Sequence record: DRR723986_5073
Strand: one strand, 5' to 3'
Length of the DNA stretch: 64,000 bases
In this document: piece by piece, positions 48,184-58,039 of the stretch
How positions within the stretch are numbered: position 1 is the stretch's first letter
How the letters are laid out: every line of letters begins with the position of its first letter
Translations under genes and position numbers: made by a program
The notes under the pieces: generated by a model
Seen by the model: only the letters and a program-made list of their open reading frames with translations
What the model was told of the DNA's origin: nothing
Databases searched by the model: none

Positions 48184-48678
48184 ATGGCACTTTCCCCCGA
48201 ATTGCAGGCCGTGGCCAACAATATCGACCGTGATGGCTGGACCAAGGTCTATGTCCAGAAAAACCCGGCGGATCCGAATTCGCGCCTCCTGTTTACCGTG
48301 ACCGTGGGCATGCAGGAAAAATTCGGCTTGCCGGAACTGGTGGTCTTTGGCCTGAACCGTGAGACGGCCGATGGTATGATGCACAATGTCGCCGCCAAAC
48401 TGGTGCAAGAGAAGAAATGGACCGGTGAGCCGCTCCGCATGGATGGCGTGCTGAATGAAGCCGATGTCGAGCTGCGCCTGGTGCATCCGGAACATCTTGG
48501 CGAAGTCGGCGCGATCAACATCATGGTCCGCCGCGAAACGGATCGCCCGCCGCTCGGAGGGATGATCCAGATTTTCTGGCCGGGAGACGATGGCCTGTTC
48601 CCGTGGGAGCCTGACAGCACGGACGAGTTCCGCGACCAGCCGCGTCTGGATGTGTCCTGGAAGAAGGCCGGCCCATGA
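48184..48678 (+). CDS. DUF4262-like protein
   Basis: IDRDGW...TVG...GLPELVVFGL...QIFWP.DDGLFPWE...QPRL. Confidence 0.78.
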   Translation: MALSPELQAVANNIDRDGWTKVYVQKNPADPNSRLLFTVTVGMQEKFGLPELVVFGLNRETADGMMHNVAAKLVQEKKWTGEPLRMDGVLNEADVELRLVHPEHLGEVGAINIMVRRETDRPPLGGMIQIFWPGDDGLFPWEPDSTDEFRDQPRLDVSWKKAGP

Positions 48679-49586
48679 ATGGATTCGACACGATTCTCTA
48701 CTCCACGCAGGACGGTCATGCACGGATCACGCTGAACCGGCCCGACAAGCTCAACGCGCTCTCCTATGTCATGCAGGCCGAACTTTCCGCGGCCCTTTGG
48801 GAGGCGGACAATGACCGGTCCGTACACTGTGTGATCCTCGAGGGCGCTGGGCGGGCTTTCTGCGCAGGGTATGACCTCTCCGGCGCAGACGGAGACGTGC
48901 CCGTGTCCCCGGTGGAGGACAAGGAAAGCAAGTCCTATCGTGGCGGTCGAAGCATCGATGACGACGCCTGGCAGCTGGAGCGCCAGCAGCGCTGGCGGAT
49001 GGCGCTGTTCGACATGCACAAGCCGGTGATCGCCAAAGTGCATGGCTATTGCCTGGCGGGCGGATGCGACCTTGCCCTGCTGGCTGACATGGTGATTGCC
49101 GCAGATGATGCGACCTTCGGCTTCCCGCCTGCACGGGATCTCGGCGCGCTGCCCAACAATTTCTGGGTCTACAATTGCGGCCCGCAATGGGCGAAACGGC
49201 TCCTGCTTACCGGCGACACTGTGACTGGCACGGAGGCGCAGGCCATTGGCCTGATCCTGAAAGCCGTCCCGGGCGAAGACCTCGAAAACGAGGTCGTCGG
49301 CCTTGCCAGCCGCATGGCGAAGATCGACCCGGATCTCCTGTCCGCCAACAAGCGGATCGTGAACCTCGCCATGGAGCTGATGGGCGCACGTACCCTGCAG
49401 CGGCTCGCGGTCGAGAATGATGTGCGCGGGCACAATACGCGCGCGGCGGATGGCTTCCGGGCGAGCGTCGCCGAAAAGGGACTGAAAGCCACGCTGAGGG
49501 CCCGCGATGCGGCGTTCGGCGATGGACGCGCCCGGGTGTATGGTCCGGAAAAAAGAGATTCGGACGGTCGTCTGATAGAAGAGTAG
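48675..49586 (+). CDS. Enoyl-CoA hydratase/isomerase family protein
   Basis: ITLNRPDKLNAL, AFCAGYDL, KPVIAKVHGYCLAGG. Confidence 0.92.
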   Translation: MNGFDTILYSTQDGHARITLNRPDKLNALSYVMQAELSAALWEADNDRSVHCVILEGAGRAFCAGYDLSGADGDVPVSPVEDKESKSYRGGRSIDDDAWQLERQQRWRMALFDMHKPVIAKVHGYCLAGGCDLALLADMVIAADDATFGFPPARDLGALPNNFWVYNCGPQWAKRLLLTGDTVTGTEAQAIGLILKAVPGEDLENEVVGLASRMAKIDPDLLSANKRIVNLAMELMGARTLQRLAVENDVRGHNTRAADGFRASVAEKGLKATLRARDAAFGDGRARVYGPEKRDSDGRLIEE

Positions 49587-49647
49587 TGCACCGATTGCGG
49601 TGTTGTGGGGACGGGGCTAGGCTCCGCCCAACTGGAGGAATTGGCTC

Positions 49648-50928
49648 ATGAAACGCTTTGGACTGGTCGCGGCGGCGGCAATCGCATTTGCAGGCATGGC
49701 AAACGCACAGGAAGCGGTGATCCATGCGGGTTACCTGCTGGCCACGCCGGGGGATGGCTATCTGCGCAAGCAGACAATCATCGTCGAAGATGGACGGATT
49801 GTCTCTGTCGAAGCAGGCTACAAGCCCGGGCCGAAAGGCGTGCCGGTGATCAATCTGCGCAATGCCTATGTGCTGCCGGGTCTGATCGACAGCCATGTGC
49901 ACATCACCAGCGAGAACGGACCGGGCGAGCGGATCAAGACGTTCGAGGACACGACGGTGGACCAGGCCTTTGATGGCGCAGGCTATGCGCACAAGACGCT
50001 GCTGGCCGGCTTCACAACCGTGCAGGACGTGGGCGGTTCAAACGATGCCGTGTTCGGCCTGCGCGATGCCATCGCGAAAGGGCTTGTGCCCGGGCCGCGC
50101 ATGCGGGCTGCCGGGCAGGCCGTGTCCGTGACCGGCGGGCATGGCGATATCAACGGCTACGCACCGGATGTCATGGCGCTGTTTACCGGCAAGAATATCT
50201 GCAACGGCGCGGACGATTGCCGCCGGGCGGTCCGCCAGCAGGTGAAGGAAGGGGCTGACGTTATCAAGATAACGGCGACGGGCGGTGTCCTGTCCAACAC
50301 CAAGGCCGGTCTTGAGCAGCAATTCACCGCCGCCGAACTGGAAGCGATCGTCGAGACGGCGCACTCCATGGGTCGCAAGGTGACGGCCCACGCACACGGA
50401 AAGGTCGGCATCGAATCCGCCCTGCGCGCCGGCATCGATTCCATCGAGCACGGGACTTACACCGACGACGAAACCATCGCCCTGTTCAAGGAACACAACG
50501 CCACGCTGGTGCCGACCGTTTTGGCCGGGGCAACTGTGACAGGTTGGGTGAATGAGCCATGGCTGCCGGAAGCCAGCCGGGCGAAGGCCGCCATTGTCGG
50601 CCCGCTGATGCAGGACATGTTGCGCCGGGCGCATGAGGGCGGTGTGAACGTGGCCTTCGGCACGGATACGGGCGTCTCGAAGCATGGCGACAATGCGCAG
50701 GAATTTGCCCTGATGGTGGGCGCGGGCTTCACACCGGAAGAGGCCATCCGGTCCGCGACAGTGATCGCGTCCGAACATGTCGAAATGGATGCCGACATCG
50801 GCACCATCACGGTGGGCAAGTATGCCGACATCATCGCGGTCACGGCCGACCCGCTGAAGGACATCACGGAACTCGAAGATGTCGACTTCGTGATGAAAGG
50901 CGGCGTGGTCTACAAGAACGAAGACTAA
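49648..50928 (+). CDS. Secreted amidohydrolase (Xaa-Pro dipeptidase-like)
   Basis: Signal peptide; PGLIDSHVH, TGGHGD, IKITATGG, AHAHG, SIEHG, FGTD. Confidence 0.9.
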   Translation: MKRFGLVAAAAIAFAGMANAQEAVIHAGYLLATPGDGYLRKQTIIVEDGRIVSVEAGYKPGPKGVPVINLRNAYVLPGLIDSHVHITSENGPGERIKTFEDTTVDQAFDGAGYAHKTLLAGFTTVQDVGGSNDAVFGLRDAIAKGLVPGPRMRAAGQAVSVTGGHGDINGYAPDVMALFTGKNICNGADDCRRAVRQQVKEGADVIKITATGGVLSNTKAGLEQQFTAAELEAIVETAHSMGRKVTAHAHGKVGIESALRAGIDSIEHGTYTDDETIALFKEHNATLVPTVLAGATVTGWVNEPWLPEASRAKAAIVGPLMQDMLRRAHEGGVNVAFGTDTGVSKHGDNAQEFALMVGAGFTPEEAIRSATVIASEHVEMDADIGTITVGKYADIIAVTADPLKDITELEDVDFVMKGGVVYKNED

Positions 50929-51082
50929 CCGCATTTACCGGCGGCACCTCGCCCGGCCCGCGAAGGGTTTTGACAAGGCGCGGTGAACGCCGGATGCTGC
51001 GCAGGGATCAGCGGCCAACCGGCCCGGATCATGCATGGGCCCCGTGAGAAACACGGATCCTGAAGGCATAAGGAAAGACAAG

Positions 51083-51955
51083 ATGGCTCTGGCGACACGA
51101 ATGGTTACCGGCGCTGCGGCAGTCCTGGCGCTGGCCGCCTGTTCGGGGCAGGACAGCGCGCCTACCGCACAGAAGGCGGCTTCGGTCGCCGAAGCAGACT
51201 GTATTCCGATCTCCGACGGCACCTACCAGATCCGCAATGGCAAGATCCTGGTCATGCGGGCGGACGCATCGTCCCGTCCTGAACCAGCCCCGATCACCGA
51301 CATGTCGGGAGAACCGGTCGGCTGGGCAGCGAAACTGGAGCAGACCTTCGAAACCTCCGGCTATCCCTGGCTCGGCCTGCAGGTCCGTGATGGCGTTGCC
51401 GCCGTCGTCGGGACAGCGCCGGGACAGGCCGCCCGGGACGTCAGCTTCCTCACGGCGAAAGCGGCGATCCAGAATGATCCGGAAGGCGCCGAAAAGGTCA
51501 GCCTGATCGTCAATGCGATGGCGGTCGAGGGACGGGAAGACACGCTGGGGGCGGGCCTTTCGCGTCTCATGAACAGCGACCTGACGCTGGACGATTGCCA
51601 GCAGGCGTTCAATCAGACCCTGCGCGTCGACGACATCGACTTCCCGGTGAACATGGCTGCGCTGAATGCTGCTGAGCTGCCTGTGGTGGATACGGCGACC
51701 AGCATCGCCCGTCTTTGTTCCGCCTACAATATCGAGATTGCCGAGCACACTGAATCGCGTGGGTCCGACAGCTATAACCTCCAGCTTTCGCGCCAGCGCG
51801 CCGAAGCAATCCGCGACTACATGATTGAACGTGGCGTGGATGAGGCTGTCCTGACGGCTGAAGGCTATGGCGAATCCCGGCCGATCGACAGCGGCAGTTC
51901 CGCCGCGGCCCGCGACCGGAATGAGCGGACAGAGTTCATCGTCACGGCGCGCTGA
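51083..51955 (+). CDS. OmpA-family lipoprotein with BON-like segment
   Basis: Lipobox LAAC; IEIAEHTESRG...NLQLSRQRAEAIRDY...GYGESRP...NERTEF. Confidence 0.85.
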   Translation: MALATRMVTGAAAVLALAACSGQDSAPTAQKAASVAEADCIPISDGTYQIRNGKILVMRADASSRPEPAPITDMSGEPVGWAAKLEQTFETSGYPWLGLQVRDGVAAVVGTAPGQAARDVSFLTAKAAIQNDPEGAEKVSLIVNAMAVEGREDTLGAGLSRLMNSDLTLDDCQQAFNQTLRVDDIDFPVNMAALNAAELPVVDTATSIARLCSAYNIEIAEHTESRGSDSYNLQLSRQRAEAIRDYMIERGVDEAVLTAEGYGESRPIDSGSSAAARDRNERTEFIVTAR

Positions 51956-52222
51956 CCGGGGAGACTTCGGCGGGTTTTCTCATCCGCTTCATTGACTGTT
52001 CATACAAACGGGGCCATGTGGCCAATGTCGACGCGCCGGAACCGGTGCATGGGGCAGGCAGCGTGAAACGTGCAGCGGGCATTCCCGCCGCGACCGGCCA
52101 GCCCCTTCAGGCATTAAATCAATGCCGTTGTCCCTGATCGCGCGGGGCTTCCACAAAATCAAACCCTCCAGGGCTGGCAGCGCGCAGGCATGCCGCGCGC
52201 CAGCTCGAATGAAAGACACTAC

Positions 52223-53572
52223 ATGACCAAGTTTTCAGACCTCGGCCTGAACCCGCTGCTGATGCGGGCAATTACGGAAGAAGGCTATGAAACGCCGACT
52301 CCGATCCAGGCACAGGCCATTCCGCTGCTACTGGAAGACAAGGATCTTCTGGGCATCGCGCAGACCGGCACCGGCAAGACGGCAGCCTTCGCGCTGCCGA
52401 CGCTCGACTTCATGCTCGAGTTCCCGCAGAAGCGCCGGGCACGGAGTGCCCGCGTACTTGTGCTGGCGCCAACGCGTGAGCTTGCCGGACAGATCGCCGA
52501 GAGCTTCCGTACCTATTCCCGCCACATGGACTGCAACGTGCAGTCGGTATTCGGCGGTGTGAACATCAATGCTCAGCGCCGCGCCCTTCAGGGCGGTGCA
52601 GACATTCTTGTCGCAACGCCGGGCCGTTTGCTGGACCTTGTCGGGCAGAAGGCAGTCAGCCTTCAGGAAATCGAAGTCCTGATCCTCGACGAAGCCGACC
52701 AGATGCTCGATATGGGCTTTATCCACGACCTGAAGAAGATCGTGGCGCAGGTGCCGAAAGACCGCCAGACACTCCTGTTCTCGGCCACCATGCCGAAGCT
52801 GATCTCCGATCTTGCTCAGCAATTTCTGGATAACCCGGTGCGCGTCTCGGTGACTCCGCCTTCCACCACGGCAGAGCGTGTGGACCAGGGCGTCTATCAC
52901 GTGTCCAACAATGACAAGCTCGAACTTCTGTTCGATGTCCTGAACAATCCGGAAATCGATCGGGCCCTCGTCTTTACCCGGACGAAACACGGTGCCGACA
53001 AGGTTGTCCGCAAGCTTCTGGCCAAAGGCCTGGATGCCCGCGCTATTCACGGCAACAAATCTCAGCCGCAGCGTATGAAGGCGCTGGATGCATTCAAAAA
53101 CGGCACCTGCAAAGTGCTGGTGGCAACCGACATCGCCGCACGCGGCATCGACATCGATGGCATCAGCCATGTCGTGAACTTCGAAGTGCCGAACGTGCCT
53201 GAACAATATGTGCACCGTATCGGACGTACGGCTCGTGCCGGCCGGACGGGTCTTGCCGTCTCCTTCGTGGCGGAAGACGAGCGCTATTTCCTGCGCGACA
53301 TCGAGAAGACGATCGATATGCAGATCGATGTTCTGAAGGCCCCGGAAGGCACCAAAGTCGACCTGTTGCCGACGCCTGACCCGAACGAGCGTCTCTACAA
53401 GCCCAAAGGCCCGGCGCGCGGTACCGGTGGGCGCGGTGGCCAACGCCGTCCGCAGAATTCTTCCCGTCCGCAAGGCAAGGGAAAGCCTCAAAGCACAGGC
53501 AAGGCCGGCGGTAAGCCGGGTAGCCGCAGCCGCGGTGGCAAGAAGCGGAAACTGGAAGGTGCGCGCGGCTAG
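52223..53572 (+). CDS. rhlE: DEAD-box RNA helicase (RhlE-like)
   Basis: Q motif, AQTGTGKT, PTRELA, DEAD, SAT, HRIGRTAR, basic G/R tail. Confidence 0.9.
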   Translation: MTKFSDLGLNPLLMRAITEEGYETPTPIQAQAIPLLLEDKDLLGIAQTGTGKTAAFALPTLDFMLEFPQKRRARSARVLVLAPTRELAGQIAESFRTYSRHMDCNVQSVFGGVNINAQRRALQGGADILVATPGRLLDLVGQKAVSLQEIEVLILDEADQMLDMGFIHDLKKIVAQVPKDRQTLLFSATMPKLISDLAQQFLDNPVRVSVTPPSTTAERVDQGVYHVSNNDKLELLFDVLNNPEIDRALVFTRTKHGADKVVRKLLAKGLDARAIHGNKSQPQRMKALDAFKNGTCKVLVATDIAARGIDIDGISHVVNFEVPNVPEQYVHRIGRTARAGRTGLAVSFVAEDERYFLRDIEKTIDMQIDVLKAPEGTKVDLLPTPDPNERLYKPKGPARGTGGRGGQRRPQNSSRPQGKGKPQSTGKAGGKPGSRSRGGKKRKLEGARG

Positions 53573-54828
53573 AGGCTGGCGCGCAGCTTCGACCAGGCTC
53601 TCGCAAGGTCGTTCCGGAAATCCGGCGCGGCGATGGCGATCAGGCGTTCGGCGCGCTGGTCGATGTCGGCCGTGGTAAGGTCCGCAACTCCGTATTCTGT
53701 GACGACATAGCCGGCTTCTGCCCGGCTGAGCGTCACCGTTGGTGAGGCAAGCTGCACGACGATCCGGGACAGGCTGCCGCCACGGGCGGTGGCCGGCAGG
53801 GCAATGATGCTGCGCCCGCCTTCGGACAGTTGCGCACCGCGCACGAAGTTACCGAGCCCGCCGGTTGACGCAACCTGACGTCCCTTGACCCATTCGGAGT
53901 TCAGCTGTCCGAACAAGTCGACTTCCACGCCGCCATTGATGGCGGCAAGGCGGGGGATGGCGGCCAGCACAGGCACGGAATGGGTGACGCTCACAGGCTG
54001 GAAATTGAAGCGCGCATCCTTGCCGGCTGTCGTGTAGAGCGGCGGTGTACCAATGGCCGTGCCCGTCAGGATCGTGCCGGGCTCTGGTGCGATCGACCCG
54101 GCATTCAGAGCTTCCAGCGTCGCGTCAGTGATCATGCCTGTATGAATACGGATATTTCGATGGTGCGCTGCCGCAGCCATCGCGATCTGCTGCACGCTGC
54201 CGATACCGGACTGGATGGTGAACCCTTCATCCAGCAGTGTTGCAACATGTGCCGCGATAGCTCTTGCGTCATCCGAGAGAGGCGGGTCGGTGAGCGTGAT
54301 GAGCGGCGTGTCGTCTTCCAGAACATCCGTAAAATCCGAAAGAGGCAGGCGGGGGGCACTTGCCGGGAACGGCATGTCCGGCCGGACTACAGCGATCCGG
54401 CGGATATATCTGCGATCCGTGAGCGCCGGCGACATGTCGGTGCCGAGGCTGAGAGAGACGTCTCCCTGCTCGTTCGGGGCAGAGACGGGAATGAAAGCGG
54501 CATCCAACGGAACCGACTTCAGCCATTCATAGGCTTCCGAATAATGGATTGGGCACAGCCTGTAACGGCCTTCCTCGAATGCGGTGCGATATTCCGAATA
54601 GAGGAATGTCCCTTCAGCAGACGCGTTCGGGTGAAAATCGGTCCAGGCGGTCCGGTTGATGCCTGGCAGCCAGTGACCCACGAAGGTGGCACCGTCCGCC
54701 AGGTCGGGGGTTTCGCGAAGGGCGTCCGCTACGCAGGCGGGTTCCGCCGGGCCGCCGGGCACATAAATCCGCAGCGCGCCGTTTGCGGCGTCCCTCAACT
54801 CGGCAAGCAGTTGCTTTGCGCATTTCAT
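53569..54828 (-). CDS. Acetyl-CoA hydrolase/CoA-transferase
   Basis: TIQSGIG, AINGGVEVDLFGQLNSE, GGLGNFVRGA, VVTEYGVADL. Confidence 0.9.
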   Translation of the reverse strand: MKCAKQLLAELRDAANGALRIYVPGGPAEPACVADALRETPDLADGATFVGHWLPGINRTAWTDFHPNASAEGTFLYSEYRTAFEEGRYRLCPIHYSEAYEWLKSVPLDAAFIPVSAPNEQGDVSLSLGTDMSPALTDRRYIRRIAVVRPDMPFPASAPRLPLSDFTDVLEDDTPLITLTDPPLSDDARAIAAHVATLLDEGFTIQSGIGSVQQIAMAAAAHHRNIRIHTGMITDATLEALNAGSIAPEPGTILTGTAIGTPPLYTTAGKDARFNFQPVSVTHSVPVLAAIPRLAAINGGVEVDLFGQLNSEWVKGRQVASTGGLGNFVRGAQLSEGGRSIIALPATARGGSLSRIVVQLASPTVTLSRAEAGYVVTEYGVADLTTADIDQRAERLIAIAAPDFRNDLARAWSKLRASL

Positions 54829-54835
54829 GTCCGCC

Positions 54836-55906
54836 TCACGGCGTGAGGATCAGACCGGAGGAGGGGCTCACATCCGCATCCAGCGTTTTCTGCCAGGCGG
54901 CAGAGACGGCTTGGTGTCCCTTGGCTTGTTTCGGTTTCACGAACTTGCGTGACGCCTTGTAGAAACTCAGGAGCGACTGGCCGAGCTTCGCATTGAGCGT
55001 GCTGGCCCCGAGTTGCTTGGTACGCTCCGCCGCATAGGTTGGTACGAAGAAGAACTCCGGCTGCGGATCGGGTAGTTGGATCGGGGTACGGTTGCCTTCC
55101 CAATCCGTCACACCAATGACAAGGCTGCGCACGAGCCGGTCTTTCAGGGCATTGTGCACGTCTGCCGTCAGGGTGGGGCGGCCGAGAAAATCGACAAAGG
55201 CGGTCAGTCCGCGTGCATGCAGACGGTCCACATCGCCATAGGTTCTCACCCGGCCATACAGCCCGGTTGATTCCACGAAGGATTTGTTGCCTTTGGAGGT
55301 CAGCCCCACAGTATCCACATTGCCACGCTGTTTCAGGCAATGGGCGAGGGCCAGAGCGGTCTTGGAAGAGGCCGAGGATATCACAACCGTTTCCGGGATC
55401 GGATCGCCGGTTTCCATCAGCGAGTCGTCGATCATCCAGCCGGTGGTAAACAAGGGCCGGAACAGCATCTGCTGTGCTTCGGACTCTGCGTCGTAGGAAG
55501 GATCCGCGGCTGTGAAGATATAGGTGTTGTAGATGGCGGCCATGGGTTGGCGGTGCGCGGCGCCGTCCACGAAGCTGGCTTTGCTCACTTTCGAGGGCTC
55601 GACATCGAAGCGATCCGAGATCGGAAGGTATCCGTAGACCCGCTGGCCAGCCGTCACGCCTTCGGCCTTGGATTCTTCAACCGTCGCAAAGCCCCAGACC
55701 GGGACGCGCCCGTAAGCCGGGTCAGCCGCCGGGAAAAAATCCCAGTATTTCATCGCATCACCAAAGGTGGCGTAGGTGACATTGTTGGCGGTCAGGGCGA
55801 AGGCTTCGATCTTGAGCCGCGCGCAACCATCGGCCAGCGGTGCTGCGGGCTGATCGGTCCATTTGACGTCGCGCAGATCGTCGCGCCGGATGAGAAAATT
55901 GCTCAT
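54836..55906 (-). CDS. DUF2855-like protein
   Basis: FALTANNVTYA..G...YWDFFP, VPVWGFA, FRPLFTT, SSASSKTA, PEFFFVP. Confidence 0.82.
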   Translation of the reverse strand: MSNFLIRRDDLRDVKWTDQPAAPLADGCARLKIEAFALTANNVTYATFGDAMKYWDFFPAADPAYGRVPVWGFATVEESKAEGVTAGQRVYGYLPISDRFDVEPSKVSKASFVDGAAHRQPMAAIYNTYIFTAADPSYDAESEAQQMLFRPLFTTGWMIDDSLMETGDPIPETVVISSASSKTALALAHCLKQRGNVDTVGLTSKGNKSFVESTGLYGRVRTYGDVDRLHARGLTAFVDFLGRPTLTADVHNALKDRLVRSLVIGVTDWEGNRTPIQLPDPQPEFFFVPTYAAERTKQLGASTLNAKLGQSLLSFYKASRKFVKPKQAKGHQAVSAAWQKTLDADVSPSSGLILTP

Positions 55907-56661
55907 GTCTTTGCTTTCGGTGACTTTCCTGTAAAGGCCCCAATTCGAGCCTGCATGTCAGGCCCCACGCCCTCATTGTTGAGTACTTCCCATTGCAGGC
56001 CGCTGTCCATATCGCGTGCATCGGTGGCTTCCAGAAGCCGCTTGTTGGCCGCATGAGAAAAGGCAGAGTTTTCCGTGATCTGTCCGGCCAGTTGTTCGAT
56101 CGCGGTGTCGAACGCGTCGTCCGGTACGACCATTTCGGCGAGCCCGATGCGGAAGGCTTCGTCTGCACGGATCATTTCGGCGGTAAACATCAGGCGCTTT
56201 GCGGTCGCGATGCCGACGCGGCGGGGCAGGCGCTGGCTCATGCCCCAGATCGGCGTCAGGGCCCATTTGGCGTGTGTGTCGCCAAAACGCGCACTCTCGG
56301 CGGCGATGATGAAGTCTGCCGCCAGCGCGACTTCCAGCGCGCCGGTGTAACAGTGCCCGTGCACGGCGGCGATCACAGGCTTCGGCAGGCGCTCCATCAG
56401 GCGCAGCGTTTCCGAATGCCAGCCACGTGACGGCACGGCTTCGCCTTCGGCAATGTCTGCCAGATCGTGCCCGGCGGAGAAGCACTTGCCGGCACCGCGC
56501 AGGACGACACAGCCAATCGAGTCGTCCTTATAGAGATCGGACACATGCGAGCGGAGCTCCCGGAACATGCCGACTGTCAGCGCATTCAGCTTGTCCGGGC
56601 GGTTCAGGGTCAGGATGGTGCAGCCATCCTTGTCCTGCCGGGTAACGAGTGTGTCAGTCAT
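55903..56661 (-). CDS. Enoyl-CoA hydratase/isomerase family protein
   Basis: LTLNRPDKLNAL, FSAGHDL, KPVIAAVHGHCYTGALE. Confidence 0.92.
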   Translation of the reverse strand: MTDTLVTRQDKDGCTILTLNRPDKLNALTVGMFRELRSHVSDLYKDDSIGCVVLRGAGKCFSAGHDLADIAEGEAVPSRGWHSETLRLMERLPKPVIAAVHGHCYTGALEVALAADFIIAAESARFGDTHAKWALTPIWGMSQRLPRRVGIATAKRLMFTAEMIRADEAFRIGLAEMVVPDDAFDTAIEQLAGQITENSAFSHAANKRLLEATDARDMDSGLQWEVLNNEGVGPDMQARIGAFTGKSPKAKT

Positions 56662-57989
56662 GATCCGAGATCCACCATGAGGCTGGAGATTGCGTGAACG
56701 AAATTGTTCGGTGCAATGGTCTGCTCACCGGTCCATTTCACATCCGGGAAGCGCGTCAGAATCTGCCGGTAAGCCGCTTCAAGCTGCATGTTGGCGACGC
56801 GCTGGCCCAGGCAGACATGAGGGCCGTGTCCGAAGGCGAGGTGTTCTTTCGCATTCTCCCGGGTGATGTCGAACCGGTTCGGATCCGGGAATTTCGCCGG
56901 GTCGCGATTTGCAGCGGCATAATACATGACCACTTTGTCGCCTTCGGCGATCGGCTGGCCGCCGAGCTCTGTGTCGGTGGTCGCCGTCCGGCGCATATAG
57001 GTGACCGGTGAGACCATGCGGATGGCTTCGTGGACGAAGTTCGGGAACAGGTCCGGGTTCGCCTGCAGCTTGGCCTTCTGGTCCGGGAATTCCGTCAGCA
57101 GGCGCATCGTTCCGGAAAGGGAGTTCCGGGTCGTGTCGTTTCCGGCGAATACGATCAGAAGCCAGGACCCGTCGAGGAATTCCGGGCTGAGCGGTTTGCC
57201 GTCGATCTCGACATTGGCGATGGCCGACAGCAGGTCTTCTTTCGGCTCCTTGCGGCGTTCGGCCAACAGATGACGGCCAAAGTCGAACATCGCCTGGATC
57301 TCGTTGACGAATTCCATCATCTCTTCCGGCGTCACATTGCCGAGGCCTTCCTGCTGGGCCCGGTATTGCGATGTCTCCAGGAAGTGCATCCAGTGGACCA
57401 GTTTCGGCCGGTCTGCCGCCGGAACGCCGAGGATTTCGCATAGGGTGAACAGCGGCAGTTCGGCGGAGAACATCTCCACCATGTCCACGACGGGGCCTTG
57501 TTTCTCCATCGCGTCGAGCAGTTCGGTCACATAGACATCCACGCGTTTACGTAGTTCCGCCACGAATCCGGGGCGGAAGAAGTGCATGTGCTCCATCCGC
57601 AGCGGCGTGTGATAGGGCCGGTCAAGATTGATCAGGCTGTTCAGGCTGGAGGAATGCAGCAGCGGATGGCGCGGCTGATCCGGCAGGCCATAGGTCATCA
57701 GGATACCCCCGCGCTGTGACGAGAAGGTCGCCGGGTCCAGTTCGACCTTTTTCACCAGTTCATACGGTGTGACGGCCCAGAAGCCGGCGGCAGCCTGTTC
57801 CGGATGCCACATGACCGGCGCTTTCTCGCGCATCATGGCAAACGCTTCGTGCGTGTAGCCGCCATGACTGGAAAACACTTCCGGATCGGTCAGGTCGACC
57901 GGCGGGGCGAGGTCGTAGACCGGTTTGTTGGCCGGCGCGTGGGGCGGCACCTCTTGCTGGTAGGTGTCGGTCACGTTCTGAAGCGTCAT
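56658..57989 (-). CDS. Cytochrome P450
   Basis: I-helix AGNDTT, ExxR (EAIR), heme motif FGHGPHVCLG. Confidence 0.96.
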   Translation of the reverse strand: MTLQNVTDTYQQEVPPHAPANKPVYDLAPPVDLTDPEVFSSHGGYTHEAFAMMREKAPVMWHPEQAAAGFWAVTPYELVKKVELDPATFSSQRGGILMTYGLPDQPRHPLLHSSSLNSLINLDRPYHTPLRMEHMHFFRPGFVAELRKRVDVYVTELLDAMEKQGPVVDMVEMFSAELPLFTLCEILGVPAADRPKLVHWMHFLETSQYRAQQEGLGNVTPEEMMEFVNEIQAMFDFGRHLLAERRKEPKEDLLSAIANVEIDGKPLSPEFLDGSWLLIVFAGNDTTRNSLSGTMRLLTEFPDQKAKLQANPDLFPNFVHEAIRMVSPVTYMRRTATTDTELGGQPIAEGDKVVMYYAAANRDPAKFPDPNRFDITRENAKEHLAFGHGPHVCLGQRVANMQLEAAYRQILTRFPDVKWTGEQTIAPNNFVHAISSLMVDLGS

Positions 57990-58039
57990 GCAATGCCTCC
58001 CTTACGGCGATGACCACGGGCGGCGTGTTATGCGCCGTC

